A stretch of DNA of 64,000 nt from Alphaproteobacteria bacterium (GTDB lineage: Bacteria; Pseudomonadota; Alphaproteobacteria; Rickettsiales; SXRF01). A program made the position numbers and the translations under genes. The stretch lies in assembly GCA_025360605.1 (NCBI GenBank), contig JANYBV010000047.1:2857-66856 (forward strand), in the 5' to 3' direction. Shown in pieces: positions 1 to 9,141 of this stretch (positions within the stretch are counted from its first letter, which is position 1; the number at the start of each line of letters is the position of its first letter). Below the pieces are notes generated by a model. That model was given only the letters and a program-made list of their open reading frames with translations, searched no databases and was not told the DNA's origin.

Positions 1-67
1 AAGATGTGTAGCGTAAGCTTACACTACGGCGTTTTAAAACTCAGATGAGTGGAAATGGGTAGGGGGA

Positions 68-1744
68 TTATATCGTCCGGTCTTTAGGGCCACTTTGCCT
101 TGAGCCGGACATGGGTGTGGAAGCGAGATGGTGGCTACCACCACCGATATGGGGGCGGGGCTCATCATGATGTCCTTCATCATGACGGACATGCCCTGCT
201 GTATGGTGTTTAGCTCTTTCCACCCACGGTTCACGCGTTTGCTCTTTGGTCATCAGCATTTCACAGGCATGGTCGGCGGAGTATAACCCGCATTCCATAA
301 ACCCGATGCCAAGCCCGTCGGAGCCCATGTGGGGTATGTACGTACCAGCAACACCCACACCATTCGATGCCAGTGTATCCAGTGACGACCCCAGCGCATC
401 CATGGCGTGTAGTTGCCCTGGTGCCGGAGAAGCGTAGCAGGGGCTTTTCCCTGGATTAGAGAGAGAAATGCTTTGGGTGCTGATAGGATCGAATAACTCC
501 TCTTTAGAGTGGCCATGCGCTTCGGCGTAGCTATAGAGGCAGGTGTCGATGTACGACTTCATGTTCATTTTGCCGCTGGTAACATCATCGGCATTACATA
601 AGAAGGTGATCTGGCTTGGATCGGCGCTCCAGCATTGATAGCCATGAGCAGAGAAAAAGTTGGCGCTGTCGGCGGCCTGACCGTCTTTCAGTGCGACCGT
701 GAATTTAATACTGTTGGTGTACTGCGCATCCCCGATCACCAGTCGTGCCTCTTCGGAAAATCCAAGCGAATCGAGGCCCTCAATCTTGCTGAGTGCATAA
801 GTGGGGACGGCAAATATTACTTTATCCGAGGAAGCCTGCAGCGCCGGATCGCTGTCGATGTGCAGGTGAATTTTGCCGTCGGCTTCTTTGCTGACCGATT
901 TTACCGGCGAGTGGGCGTGGAATTCAACACCACGTTTGGTGAGTTCTTCCTGCAGCGCCTCAATAATTTTTTCAGTGCCGCCTTCAACGCGGAATGCGCA
1001 GTCGCTGGCGAGGATGCCGTCAGGGGCACCGCTGGCTTCGTTCACAAACATGCGTGCGTTGATCGTTTCAGGGTTATTGCCTGCCTCGGACGCATAGGCC
1101 TGCTTGATGGTTTTGACGAGGTCCGCGTTCATGCGGTTCGACTTCATGGTGGCCACTTCGTAGCTCCACCGTGCCCATGTACGTCCTTCTGCGGCACGCT
1201 TGGGAACGTTAGCAACGAGTTCATTCATATACGCATCCATCGACATGGTTTCCAGCCTTTTGGCCAGAGGTCCGTTGGGATCGCGTTTGAGTTCTTGCTT
1301 GTGGGCAATGATCTGGTCGGCAATCGGGCGGTAGGCGGTAAGAAAAGCCTCGCCTTCCAAAACCTTTCCGTTTGGCATCTGGAAACGCAGCGTTCCCTGA
1401 TCGTCGGACGCTTTAAGTTTGACGCCCAGCTCTTCGCACAACTCAAGCATTTTTACCTGATCGCTGTCGATAAATTCAGCCCCTTTATTGACCAGCTTTC
1501 CTTGCAACTTATCGCTGCGGATTTGGCCACCGGCGCGGCCGCTGGATTCATAAATGTGGATGTTTTCCGGTGGAACGCCTCTTTTTAAGGCGTAATAGGC
1601 AGCAGTTAATCCGGAGATACCACCGCCAACGATATTTAGCGTGCCTTTATCGGCAGCACTGCGGTCGGCGTGCCCATGTTTCTTGTGGGCATGGCTGCCA
1701 TCAAGCGCTGCATCAATAGGTGTATCCGGTGTCCTGCTCATCAT
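68..1744 (-). CDS. FAD-dependent amine oxidase (flavin monoamine oxidase family) with His-rich C-terminal tail
   Basis: 558-aa ORF. N-terminal dinucleotide-binding motif NIVGGGISGLTAAYY...YESSGRAGG is typical of flavin amine oxidases. The 317-aa ORF on the opposite strand looks like an antisense shadow. Confidence 0.7.
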   Translation of the reverse strand: MMSRTPDTPIDAALDGSHAHKKHGHADRSAADKGTLNIVGGGISGLTAAYYALKRGVPPENIHIYESSGRAGGQIRSDKLQGKLVNKGAEFIDSDQVKMLELCEELGVKLKASDDQGTLRFQMPNGKVLEGEAFLTAYRPIADQIIAHKQELKRDPNGPLAKRLETMSMDAYMNELVANVPKRAAEGRTWARWSYEVATMKSNRMNADLVKTIKQAYASEAGNNPETINARMFVNEASGAPDGILASDCAFRVEGGTEKIIEALQEELTKRGVEFHAHSPVKSVSKEADGKIHLHIDSDPALQASSDKVIFAVPTYALSKIEGLDSLGFSEEARLVIGDAQYTNSIKFTVALKDGQAADSANFFSAHGYQCWSADPSQITFLCNADDVTSGKMNMKSYIDTCLYSYAEAHGHSKEELFDPISTQSISLSNPGKSPCYASPAPGQLHAMDALGSSLDTLASNGVGVAGTYIPHMGSDGLGIGFMECGLYSADHACEMLMTKEQTREPWVERAKHHTAGHVRHDEGHHDEPRPHIGGGSHHLASTPMSGSRQSGPKDRTI

Positions 1745-2170
1745 CGTATCTGTATAAACCGTTACTTAAAAACGGTGGATTAATATCTAAATTCTACACG
1801 ATAATAGCTAAAAAGTTACCTGCGATGTATGACATTTCTATGAATATTAATGGTCAAAAAGGCCGAAAATTAAGGTTTAAACCCGCGTAAACAGAGTGAA
1901 AAGCGCCTACCAATATATTGAGTAATAAGATAATTGGTGGTGGATGTAGTCTGTGGTGAACCCGCCTCCGTGTCAAGTTCCCATAGAAATGGGAAAATAC
2001 TGGGAATTTTATTACTTTAGGCAGTTCAGGCAAAGACTGACATCATTATAACCGGCCATTTCAGCCCTTCATAGCTAATAATTCCCATAAAGGCATAATA
2101 GGGAACTTTTTTATGCATATGAGAATTTAAATATGGCATGCGGGAAATAAAAGATTGTGAACTGGGTGTT

Positions 2171-2761
2171 CTATAACAAACCATACTGAAATGTTCTGCC
2201 AATTCTGTCTGCGCTAATTAACTTCGCCGCTAGTAGCCCCTTCACATCGCGCCGCGCGGTTTTGGCATGGACACACCAAGTATCCACAATATCTGTAGCA
2301 ACCATTTTATCTCCCTGCTGCAGGTGCCCCAAGAACCATAACTGACGTTGATTCAATTGCACAGCGATGTGCGCATTCACCCTAACATGAATAAGGACAA
2401 ATTTGTCCTCTATCGCGGAGAATCGGTTCCATTTTTTATTCAATTTAGCACGCATATTTTCAACGAGGCCAAGATTAATAGCTTGCTGCCAGAGTGACTC
2501 TATGCCCATAAGTTTGCATAGTGCTTGCAACACCTCCGGGTAATGCGCGGCGAGCATTAATAAGTGACTGGATTTTGGTGCGTATCTGCCTTTGTACCAA
2601 TTGCTAGCCGTTAATGCATTCATACCGGTAATACGCTCAATTTGTTTCATGGCGGAATACACGTCAGCATGCTCGTGGCGCAGCGCATTGGATATGCATC
2701 TGGCGATCATCACATCGGTAATTTTTGGCAATAAGTCGCGCTCGATTTGGGTTGAGGACAT
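2171..2761 (-). CDS. hypothetical protein, possible DNA-binding regulator
   Basis: 196-aa ORF with a GGAGAG Shine-Dalgarno 6 nt before the ATG. It is divergent from the recombinase gene. No motif I can name. Confidence 0.5.
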   Translation of the reverse strand: MSSTQIERDLLPKITDVMIARCISNALRHEHADVYSAMKQIERITGMNALTASNWYKGRYAPKSSHLLMLAAHYPEVLQALCKLMGIESLWQQAINLGLVENMRAKLNKKWNRFSAIEDKFVLIHVRVNAHIAVQLNQRQLWFLGHLQQGDKMVATDIVDTWCVHAKTARRDVKGLLAAKLISADRIGRTFQYGLL

Positions 2762-2820
2762 TCAAACTCTCCATTGTTAATATTAATGGAGAGTAAGTAA
2801 CCATCTGGTTCAGGGACCAG

Positions 2821-4398
2821 ATGCTTAACAACGGAATTAGGATGAACAGTAGTTTTAAGAACGATGGTAATCTTGTCACTCGCCGTGCAGCTATGTATGT
2901 GCGCATGTCTACCGATCATCAGAAATACTCGACGGAGAATCAGGCAGATGTCATCCGTGAGTATGCGGCTCGACATCAGGTCAAAATTATCGATATCTAC
3001 ACGGATTCTGGCAAAAGCGGTCTGTCGCTCGATGGACGCGATGCGCTCAAACGTCTGATTGACGATGTGCAAACCGGCGTTGCCAAATTCAATATGATTT
3101 TAGTGTTAGATGTCACCCGTTGGGGCAGGTTCCAAGATGCGGATGAAAGCGCCTATTATGAATATATCTGCCGTCGCGCTGGCATCGATGTCCAATACGT
3201 CGCTGAGCAATTCGAAAATGATGGCAGCCCCGTTTCTACCATCGTCAAAGGCGTTAAGCGAGCGATGGCAGGAGAATACAGCCGTGAGCTTTCCGCTAAG
3301 GTGTTCGCAGGCCAATGTCGATTGATTGAGTTAGGGTATCGTCAGGGCGGACCAGCGGGATATGGGCTGCGCCGTTTACTGATCGATGAGCATGGTGAAA
3401 AGAAAGCCATGCTCAAGCGCGGAGAACATAAGAGTTTGCAAACAGATCGGGTAATATTAGTGCCAGGCCCCCCGGAAGAGGTCGAAACGGTGCGCTGGAT
3501 TTACGGTGCCTTTACAGAAGATGGCATGCATGAACGTCAGATTATGGCTGCCCTCAATGAGCGCGGCATTGTTACCGATCTCGGTCGCCCATGGACACGA
3601 AATACCGTGCATGAGGTGCTGACCAATGAAAAGTATATTGGCAACAACGTCTTCAACCGCACTTCATTCAAATTGAAGAAGCGCCATGTTGAGAACACTT
3701 CTGATATGTGGGTTCGCGCTGATGGCGTATTTGAGGCTATTGTTGAGCCACAGCACTATTATGCTGCGCAGGGTATCATTCGAGAGCGCGGGCGTAAATT
3801 TAGTGATGAGGAGATGCTCGATAAGTTGCGCAGGCTTCATGAGCAATATGGTTGGCTTTCTGGCCTCATCATCAATGAAACGGATGGTATGCCCTCAAGT
3901 GGTATGTATTCACATCGATTCGGAAGCTTGGTTCGTGCCTATGAGATGGTCGGATACACGCCCGATCGTGATTATAGCTACATTGAGACTAACCGTCACT
4001 TGCGCCGCCTCCATGGTGATGTTGTCAATGACACTATCTGCAAGATTGAGGATTTGGGTGGCCGTGTACGTAAAGAATCTTCCTCCGATATCTTCATGAT
4101 TAATGAGGAGTTGCGTGCGTCAATTATCATCTGCCGCCACTATCAGACCGATGCTGGATCACACCGTTGGAAGATTCGGCTCGATACAGGGTTGCTCCCG
4201 GATATTACGATCGCTATTCGCATGAGTGCCAACAATGAAACGCCGCTTGATTACTATCTCCTTCCGGCTCTCGATATTGAAAATCCAAGTATTCGGCTTG
4301 CCGAGAATAATGGCATAGCACTGGATACATACCGGTTTGATGATCTTGGGCCATTTTTTATGCTCACCGAGCGCGTGGCTATCTGGGAGGCAGCATGA
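2821..4398 (+). CDS. large serine recombinase (resolvase/invertase N-terminal catalytic domain + recombinase domain)
   Basis: Catalytic-serine motif AAMYVRMSTDHQ, then ...VLDVTRWGR... and ...AGEYSRELS..., with a ~350-aa C-terminal extension. The exact start is uncertain (2821 or a downstream ATG). Confidence 0.85.
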   Translation: MLNNGIRMNSSFKNDGNLVTRRAAMYVRMSTDHQKYSTENQADVIREYAARHQVKIIDIYTDSGKSGLSLDGRDALKRLIDDVQTGVAKFNMILVLDVTRWGRFQDADESAYYEYICRRAGIDVQYVAEQFENDGSPVSTIVKGVKRAMAGEYSRELSAKVFAGQCRLIELGYRQGGPAGYGLRRLLIDEHGEKKAMLKRGEHKSLQTDRVILVPGPPEEVETVRWIYGAFTEDGMHERQIMAALNERGIVTDLGRPWTRNTVHEVLTNEKYIGNNVFNRTSFKLKKRHVENTSDMWVRADGVFEAIVEPQHYYAAQGIIRERGRKFSDEEMLDKLRRLHEQYGWLSGLIINETDGMPSSGMYSHRFGSLVRAYEMVGYTPDRDYSYIETNRHLRRLHGDVVNDTICKIEDLGGRVRKESSSDIFMINEELRASIIICRHYQTDAGSHRWKIRLDTGLLPDITIAIRMSANNETPLDYYLLPALDIENPSIRLAENNGIALDTYRFDDLGPFFMLTERVAIWEAA

Positions 4399-5285
4399 GT
4401 AAACAGCAGGCGTCTATTCAAATGATCCCTATCGGGCATATCCATATTTTGAATCCCCGCATACGCAATCCTAAACTCTTTGAGGCGGTAGTACATAACA
4501 TCGCCAAAGTTGGACTAAAACGCCCGATTACGGTGACCCACCGTAAGGCAAAAGCTGACGGCAAGCTCTATGACCTCGTCTGCGGCCAAGGTCGGCTTGA
4601 AGCATTTATGGTCTGCGGACAAACGGCAATTCCTGCAATGATCATTGATGCCAGCGAGGAACAGGCACTCATCATGAGTTTGGTGGAGAATGTTGCTCGC
4701 CGTAAACACAGACCTGTCGACCTGCTTCGGGGAGTCGAGCTATTACGGGGGCAGGGGTATGATGCAAAAGAAATTGCCACAAAAACGGGGTATAGTTCTG
4801 AATATATTGAGGGGGTGTTGTTGCTGCTCGAGCATGGTGAAGAACGATTAGTTTCAGCGGTTGAAATTGGTCAAATACCAATTACGCTGGCAATTAATAT
4901 TGTACGGTCGCCGCAGAATGAGCAGCAGTCGCTACGTGAAGCATACGAAACAGGAGAGTTAAGCGGCCATAGATTCATGACAGCGAAAAAGCTGCTGGAG
5001 ACAAGGCAGCGCAGTGGCAAAACATTCCGTAATGCAATTAAAAACAAAGCTGAAAAACGTGACGTCGGATATTCCGCCCGGGAAATCGTTAAAACCTATA
5101 AGCGCGAAGTCGAGCGTAAGCGCCTGATCACACGCAGAGCAGAAGCCGTCAATAGGCAACTCTTATTTCTAGTTGAGGCGTTACACTGCCTGAGGCAGGA
5201 AGGCCATTTTACTACATTATTACGCGCCGAAAGCCTCGATACCATGCCAAAACAACTCGCTAACTTATTGTCAGCGCGGAGGTAG
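4395..5285 (+). CDS. ParB/Srx N-terminal-domain protein (RepB C-terminal-like)
   Basis: 296-aa ORF whose ATGA overlaps the recombinase stop. It has an IPIGHIHILNPR...RPITV...LVCGQGRLEA ParB-box-like region. Confidence 0.7.
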   Translation: MSKQQASIQMIPIGHIHILNPRIRNPKLFEAVVHNIAKVGLKRPITVTHRKAKADGKLYDLVCGQGRLEAFMVCGQTAIPAMIIDASEEQALIMSLVENVARRKHRPVDLLRGVELLRGQGYDAKEIATKTGYSSEYIEGVLLLLEHGEERLVSAVEIGQIPITLAINIVRSPQNEQQSLREAYETGELSGHRFMTAKKLLETRQRSGKTFRNAIKNKAEKRDVGYSAREIVKTYKREVERKRLITRRAEAVNRQLLFLVEALHCLRQEGHFTTLLRAESLDTMPKQLANLLSARR

Positions 5286-5287
5286 GG

Positions 5288-6211
5288 ATGTCGCGTTTAC
5301 AAAAATCCAAGTTGTTTAATGACATAAAAATCGCCTTTGACATCGATACGATACGCCTACGCATCGATCAGATTACACCACTGAAGATCGTAACGCCCGT
5401 ATTGCGTGAGAGTGAAAAGTACAAACAGATTGCGGCTTCTATTCGTGAAGTGGGTATTATTGAACCACCCGTTGTTGCTCCTCAACGCAAAGGCAAGGGC
5501 AATCACTTGTTATTAGATGGCCATCTGCGCCTTGATGCACTCAAACAGATGGGCGAAAGCGAGGTGACGTGCCTCGTATCAACCGACGATGAGGCCTTCA
5601 CTTACAACAAGCATATTAGCCGCTTATCGACCATTCAGGAGCACCGGATGATCCTGCAGGCTATCAAACGTGGCGTATCGGAAGAGAAAATCGCCCGTGC
5701 CCTCAATCTACATATCGATAATATCGTCCGCAGGCGTGATTTGCTCAAAGGTATCTGTCCGGAGGTTGCCGAACTATTCAAGGATAAGATGATTCCGCGT
5801 AGCGTATTTATTGAGCTGAAGCGTATGAAGCCTGTGCGCCAGATTGAAGCGGCCATGCTGATGAACGATACCAATAACCACTCTTATTCCTATGTGCATG
5901 CGCTAGTCATCGCTAGCCCTAAAGAACAGCTCGTGGACTCTGTAAAAGCTAAAAAGGTCAAAGGTCTTGATGACGAGCAAATGGCGCGCATGGAGGCGGA
6001 AATGGGGAGTCTTCAAGGAGAGTATCGGCTGATTGAAGAGAGTTTTGGGCCGAACGTCCTCAATCTTACAGTTGCAAAAACTTATCTTGCTACGCTTTTG
6101 AGCAATGCGCGGATCGTAAAATATCTTGCTCTGCATCACCCTGAGTTTCTTACACAGTTCCAAAAGATCGTGGATATGAGCTCATTGAGTGACACGGATA
6201 ATGCCGCATAA
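5288..6211 (+). CDS. ParB/Srx-like N-terminal-domain protein
   Basis: 307-aa ORF starting 2 nt after the preceding stop. Motifs are IIEPPVV...LLLDGHLRLDAL (DGHxR-type ParB/Srx motif). Confidence 0.65.
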   Translation: MSRLQKSKLFNDIKIAFDIDTIRLRIDQITPLKIVTPVLRESEKYKQIAASIREVGIIEPPVVAPQRKGKGNHLLLDGHLRLDALKQMGESEVTCLVSTDDEAFTYNKHISRLSTIQEHRMILQAIKRGVSEEKIARALNLHIDNIVRRRDLLKGICPEVAELFKDKMIPRSVFIELKRMKPVRQIEAAMLMNDTNNHSYSYVHALVIASPKEQLVDSVKAKKVKGLDDEQMARMEAEMGSLQGEYRLIEESFGPNVLNLTVAKTYLATLLSNARIVKYLALHHPEFLTQFQKIVDMSSLSDTDNAA

Positions 6212-6436
6212 GGAATTGCAGCTCGGCCCATGAGAGCCTTGAGCGCATGATTTGGAGACCGGGATCCATATAAGCGCCGGGACCATGGGAGAAGCTGCAC
6301 GAGATGCAGATCAATCATGGCGTGGGGATGGCGGCGAACCCGCTCGGAGCCCACATTTTTTAATGCATAAAGGGGATGCGTAAGATCAGCCGCCATTTGA
6401 TCGGCGCTGCATTGTCTTGCAGTATGTTCGTATCTT

Positions 6437-6859
6437 TTATTCCGTCAGGAGTGTTTCGATAAATTCTTTGGTCGATAGAATCTTGATGTTTTTGAATGGG
6501 TGTAGCACGAGCAAATCCTTGTCTCCGGTGATAATATACTCTGCCTCTCCATTGACAGCGAGCTCCAGAAACTTGTCATCTTTGGGGTCGCGGCACGCCT
6601 GCACACGCTCAATAATGGGGACCCATTCCACAATTTCCTTATAGGCGTGTATTAGCAGAAGGGCCTCATCTTGTTTGATATAGCCTTTGCCTTGGATACG
6701 CGTTAAAATCAATGCGAATTCGTCCATTGTCGCTTGTGATACGAGCAGATGGCAATGATCAATAATCATCCGCACCGCACTCGCGGTCACCGAATCTGGC
6801 GTCAGTATCCTGCTTACCAAGAGATTTGTATCCAGAATAACGCGAGCGGTGGGCTTCAT
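6437..6859 (-). CDS. PIN-domain toxin (VapC-like, TIGR00305-type)
   Basis: Motifs RVILDTNLLVS and DDKFLELAVNGEAEYIITGDKDLL. ATG at 6859 is preferred over the TTG at 6874. Confidence 0.75.
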   Translation of the reverse strand: MKPTARVILDTNLLVSRILTPDSVTASAVRMIIDHCHLLVSQATMDEFALILTRIQGKGYIKQDEALLLIHAYKEIVEWVPIIERVQACRDPKDDKFLELAVNGEAEYIITGDKDLLVLHPFKNIKILSTKEFIETLLTE

Positions 6860-6866
6860 TTCTGGG

Positions 6867-7109
6867 CTACGCAAGTAGCTTCGCGAGCTTTTCTGCGGTC
6901 AGCCCCCTAGATTTGGCTTTGGCACCCACATCATCACAGATGGCTTGGAATGCCATTACAGAGGCATTCGTTAGGCGCTCATACTCCTCGCAAGAGAGTA
7001 AAACGGCTGCATCGCGCCCCTGTTTCTGAATGGTGATAGGTTCGTGCTGTGCCTTATCTAAAATAGCAGCGAGATTGTTACGTGCTTCACTCGAAGAAAT
7101 GGTCTGCAT
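6867..7109 (-). CDS. Phd/YefM-type antitoxin
   Basis: 80-aa ORF directly upstream of the PIN gene. The N-terminus ISSSEARNNLAAILDKAQHEPITIQKQGRDAAVLLSCEEYERL is typical of Phd/YefM. Confidence 0.75.
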   Translation of the reverse strand: MQTISSSEARNNLAAILDKAQHEPITIQKQGRDAAVLLSCEEYERLTNASVMAFQAICDDVGAKAKSRGLTAEKLAKLLA

Positions 7110-7162
7110 TTGATTGCCTCGTGACGTTATGGGTGTGGACGACGTAGACTATGCTATCATAA

Positions 7163-7203
7163 TTGTACAAAACTTACAAATCAATTTGTACAAAACTTAC
7201 AAA
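7163..7203 (-). promoter_or_regulatory. two 18-nt direct repeats (TTGTACAAAACTTACAAA), each with the palindrome TTGTACAA; likely TA operator
   Basis: The copies lie at 7163-7180 and 7186-7203 (23-bp period), 54-94 nt upstream of the antitoxin start. Confidence 0.5.
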
Positions 7204-7253
7204 GTATGGATATTGGGGTATAATGTGTATAAACGCCAATGGGCAACCAACAG

Positions 7254-8696
7254 CTACTTGGCATTCATTTCTTCAACCAGCATTCGATAATATCCAATGA
7301 TTCCTGGCTCCGGAATACGCATCCAGGCCAGCGCCTGCGTCGTTGAATCCACCTGATCATCGTGCTTACTGCCGGGGAAGGTAGTAAGCTCGTGAACATA
7401 ATCAGCAAGCCACGGCGCTTCGGTTGGCAAGAGAACGAGCCCATTCTCAAATGCGGCTGTCTGGCCGTGAAAACGCATGATTTTGTCACATGCAGGAGGC
7501 TCGTAGCGTGTGATACCAGAAACACCCTCAGCAATCAGGTCCTGGATCAGCTGGGTTCCGGAAGCCTTGTCCTCAATCACAATCGTCGTTGCATTATGAA
7601 TTTGCGCCTGTTCTTTCACCGCGCGCTTGAGGTCGGGATACTCCAAGCGGCGACGGAACACATGTAGCACATAAAAGCGTTTATCCTTTTCGCCCCACGT
7701 GGTGCAGACACTGTAATCATTGAGCTCACCCGCCTTGTTGGCCGTATCCCAGCTTTGAATAATGCGCTCGAAACGGGCGGGAAGCTCACCGGGCACATAA
7801 TAGCGCAGCCAAGACTTTTTCAGTAGCGATCCACCTTGAGGCGAAGGATTCTGCTGGTATTGAGCTTCAAAATCATAGGTGCCCATGGTCTGGCGCATCT
7901 TATCGAGGTCAGCCAGTGATTCGCGCTCCGGATGGAGTGCCTGACCTGCAGGACGACGATAGGGATAATTACCCAAGGGAGTGTCAATAACGAGCTCTTC
8001 GTCCTGTTCAGCGATGGCAGGTAGCGAAAGCACTTTCCAATCCTCCTGTTCGAGCACATGGCCAATCAAATCGTCCTGATGAAGGCGTTGCATAACGATA
8101 ATGATGCAGCCGCTTGCCTTGTTGTCGAGGCGACTTAGCAGCGTGTTATCATACCAGCGATTAACCTTGGTGCGTTCGGTCTCGGAGAGTGCATCCTGCG
8201 GTTTAAGCGGGTCATCAATGATAATAAAGTCAGCCCCACGACCAGTCAATACGCCGCCTACGGAGGTGGCCATACGAGAACCTTTACTGGTAGTCAGAAA
8301 ATCATCCACGGCTTGCTTGTCGGAGGAAAGGCGGGTCCGGAACAAGCGTTTATAAATCGGGCTCGACATCAGCGTTTTACATTCGAGCGCATGCTTACTC
8401 GCGAGGTCCTGCGCGTAGCTGGCACAAATGAGGCGTGCGCTTGGTTCATGCCCCAGCAGCCACGCGGCAAAGGCCACTGATACGCAGTGCGACTTCAAAT
8501 AGCGCGGCGGCATACAAATCGCCAAACGCCTGATCTCACCCCTGCGGCAGGCTTCGAGTTTTGCTGCAATCAACTCGATATAGTCGGCCATCAAAAGTTT
8601 TTTGCCAGGGTTGATCTCGTAAAATGCGCGCTCAATGAAATAGGCCAGATAGTGGCGCAGAATCACCTCATACTCTTCGTGGGTAAAATTAGGCAT
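7254..8696 (-). CDS. phage terminase large subunit
   Basis: Motifs IIDDPLKPQDA...IIIVMQRLHQDDL...SWDTANK...DYSVCTTWG...GSKHDDQVDS are typical of terminase ATPase/nuclease. ATG at 8696 lies 1 nt after the upstream gene's stop. Confidence 0.8.
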   Translation of the reverse strand: MPNFTHEEYEVILRHYLAYFIERAFYEINPGKKLLMADYIELIAAKLEACRRGEIRRLAICMPPRYLKSHCVSVAFAAWLLGHEPSARLICASYAQDLASKHALECKTLMSSPIYKRLFRTRLSSDKQAVDDFLTTSKGSRMATSVGGVLTGRGADFIIIDDPLKPQDALSETERTKVNRWYDNTLLSRLDNKASGCIIIVMQRLHQDDLIGHVLEQEDWKVLSLPAIAEQDEELVIDTPLGNYPYRRPAGQALHPERESLADLDKMRQTMGTYDFEAQYQQNPSPQGGSLLKKSWLRYYVPGELPARFERIIQSWDTANKAGELNDYSVCTTWGEKDKRFYVLHVFRRRLEYPDLKRAVKEQAQIHNATTIVIEDKASGTQLIQDLIAEGVSGITRYEPPACDKIMRFHGQTAAFENGLVLLPTEAPWLADYVHELTTFPGSKHDDQVDSTTQALAWMRIPEPGIIGYYRMLVEEMNAK

Positions 8697-8697
8697 G

Positions 8698-9141
8698 TTA
8701 CTTCTCCTTACTTGGGGTGCTTTGTGGGGATTGCGTCGTTGGTTCCGGGATTGCATGACGTTCAAGCCTCTTTCGGATACTGCTGAGCACTTGTTGATCC
8801 GACTCAGCTAGAACCGATCCAGAAACAGTTTCTGCGGCCTCAGCGCGCCCCTCAACTAGTTGCACGAGAGGAAGCAGTTGCATAATAGCCTTCTGATCGC
8901 CACCCGCGGCTTTATTGACCAACTGTTTGACAGCGACTTCCAGCTTGCTGACCATTTTGCGCTTGCCGTTTTCGGTCACGGCCACTTTTTCATTTATGGC
9001 ATTGGTGACGATGGTGGTAAGGTTCTTTGAACCCTTTGGCCTGCCCTTGGCATTACCCTGTGATCCGGGTTGGAATTGACTGTGTTTAGGAGGTTTTTTA
9101 TAGCCTACTTTATAGGTGGATTTTTTTTCTTTATTTGACAT
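8698..9141 (-). CDS. DUF5681-like protein (often next to terminase; possible small-terminase role)
   Basis: N-terminus MSNKEKKSTYKVGYKKPPKHSQFQPGSQGNAKGRPKGSKN matches my recollection of DUF5681. Start chosen at 9141. Confidence 0.6.
   Translation of the reverse strand: MSNKEKKSTYKVGYKKPPKHSQFQPGSQGNAKGRPKGSKNLTTIVTNAINEKVAVTENGKRKMVSKLEVAVKQLVNKAAGGDQKAIMQLLPLVQLVEGRAEAAETVSGSVLAESDQQVLSSIRKRLERHAIPEPTTQSPQSTPSKEK

Noticed and set aside
1934-1975. TGGTGGTGGATGTAGTC... looked like a duplicated tRNA 3' end (with ATTGGTGG shared with the tRNA-Ala flank) that could mark the left att site.
   Set aside because: It cannot be folded into a T-arm/acceptor structure, and only 8 nt match the tRNA-Ala end. 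That is insufficient for a direct-repeat call.
6136-6396. The 86-aa minus-strand ORF in the GC-richer gap after the second ParB-like gene contains ...RRHPHAMIDLHLVQLLPW..., vaguely like a tyrosine-recombinase C-terminus (pseudogene fragment).
   Set aside because: The resemblance is too short and gapped to support a call. It is left unannotated.
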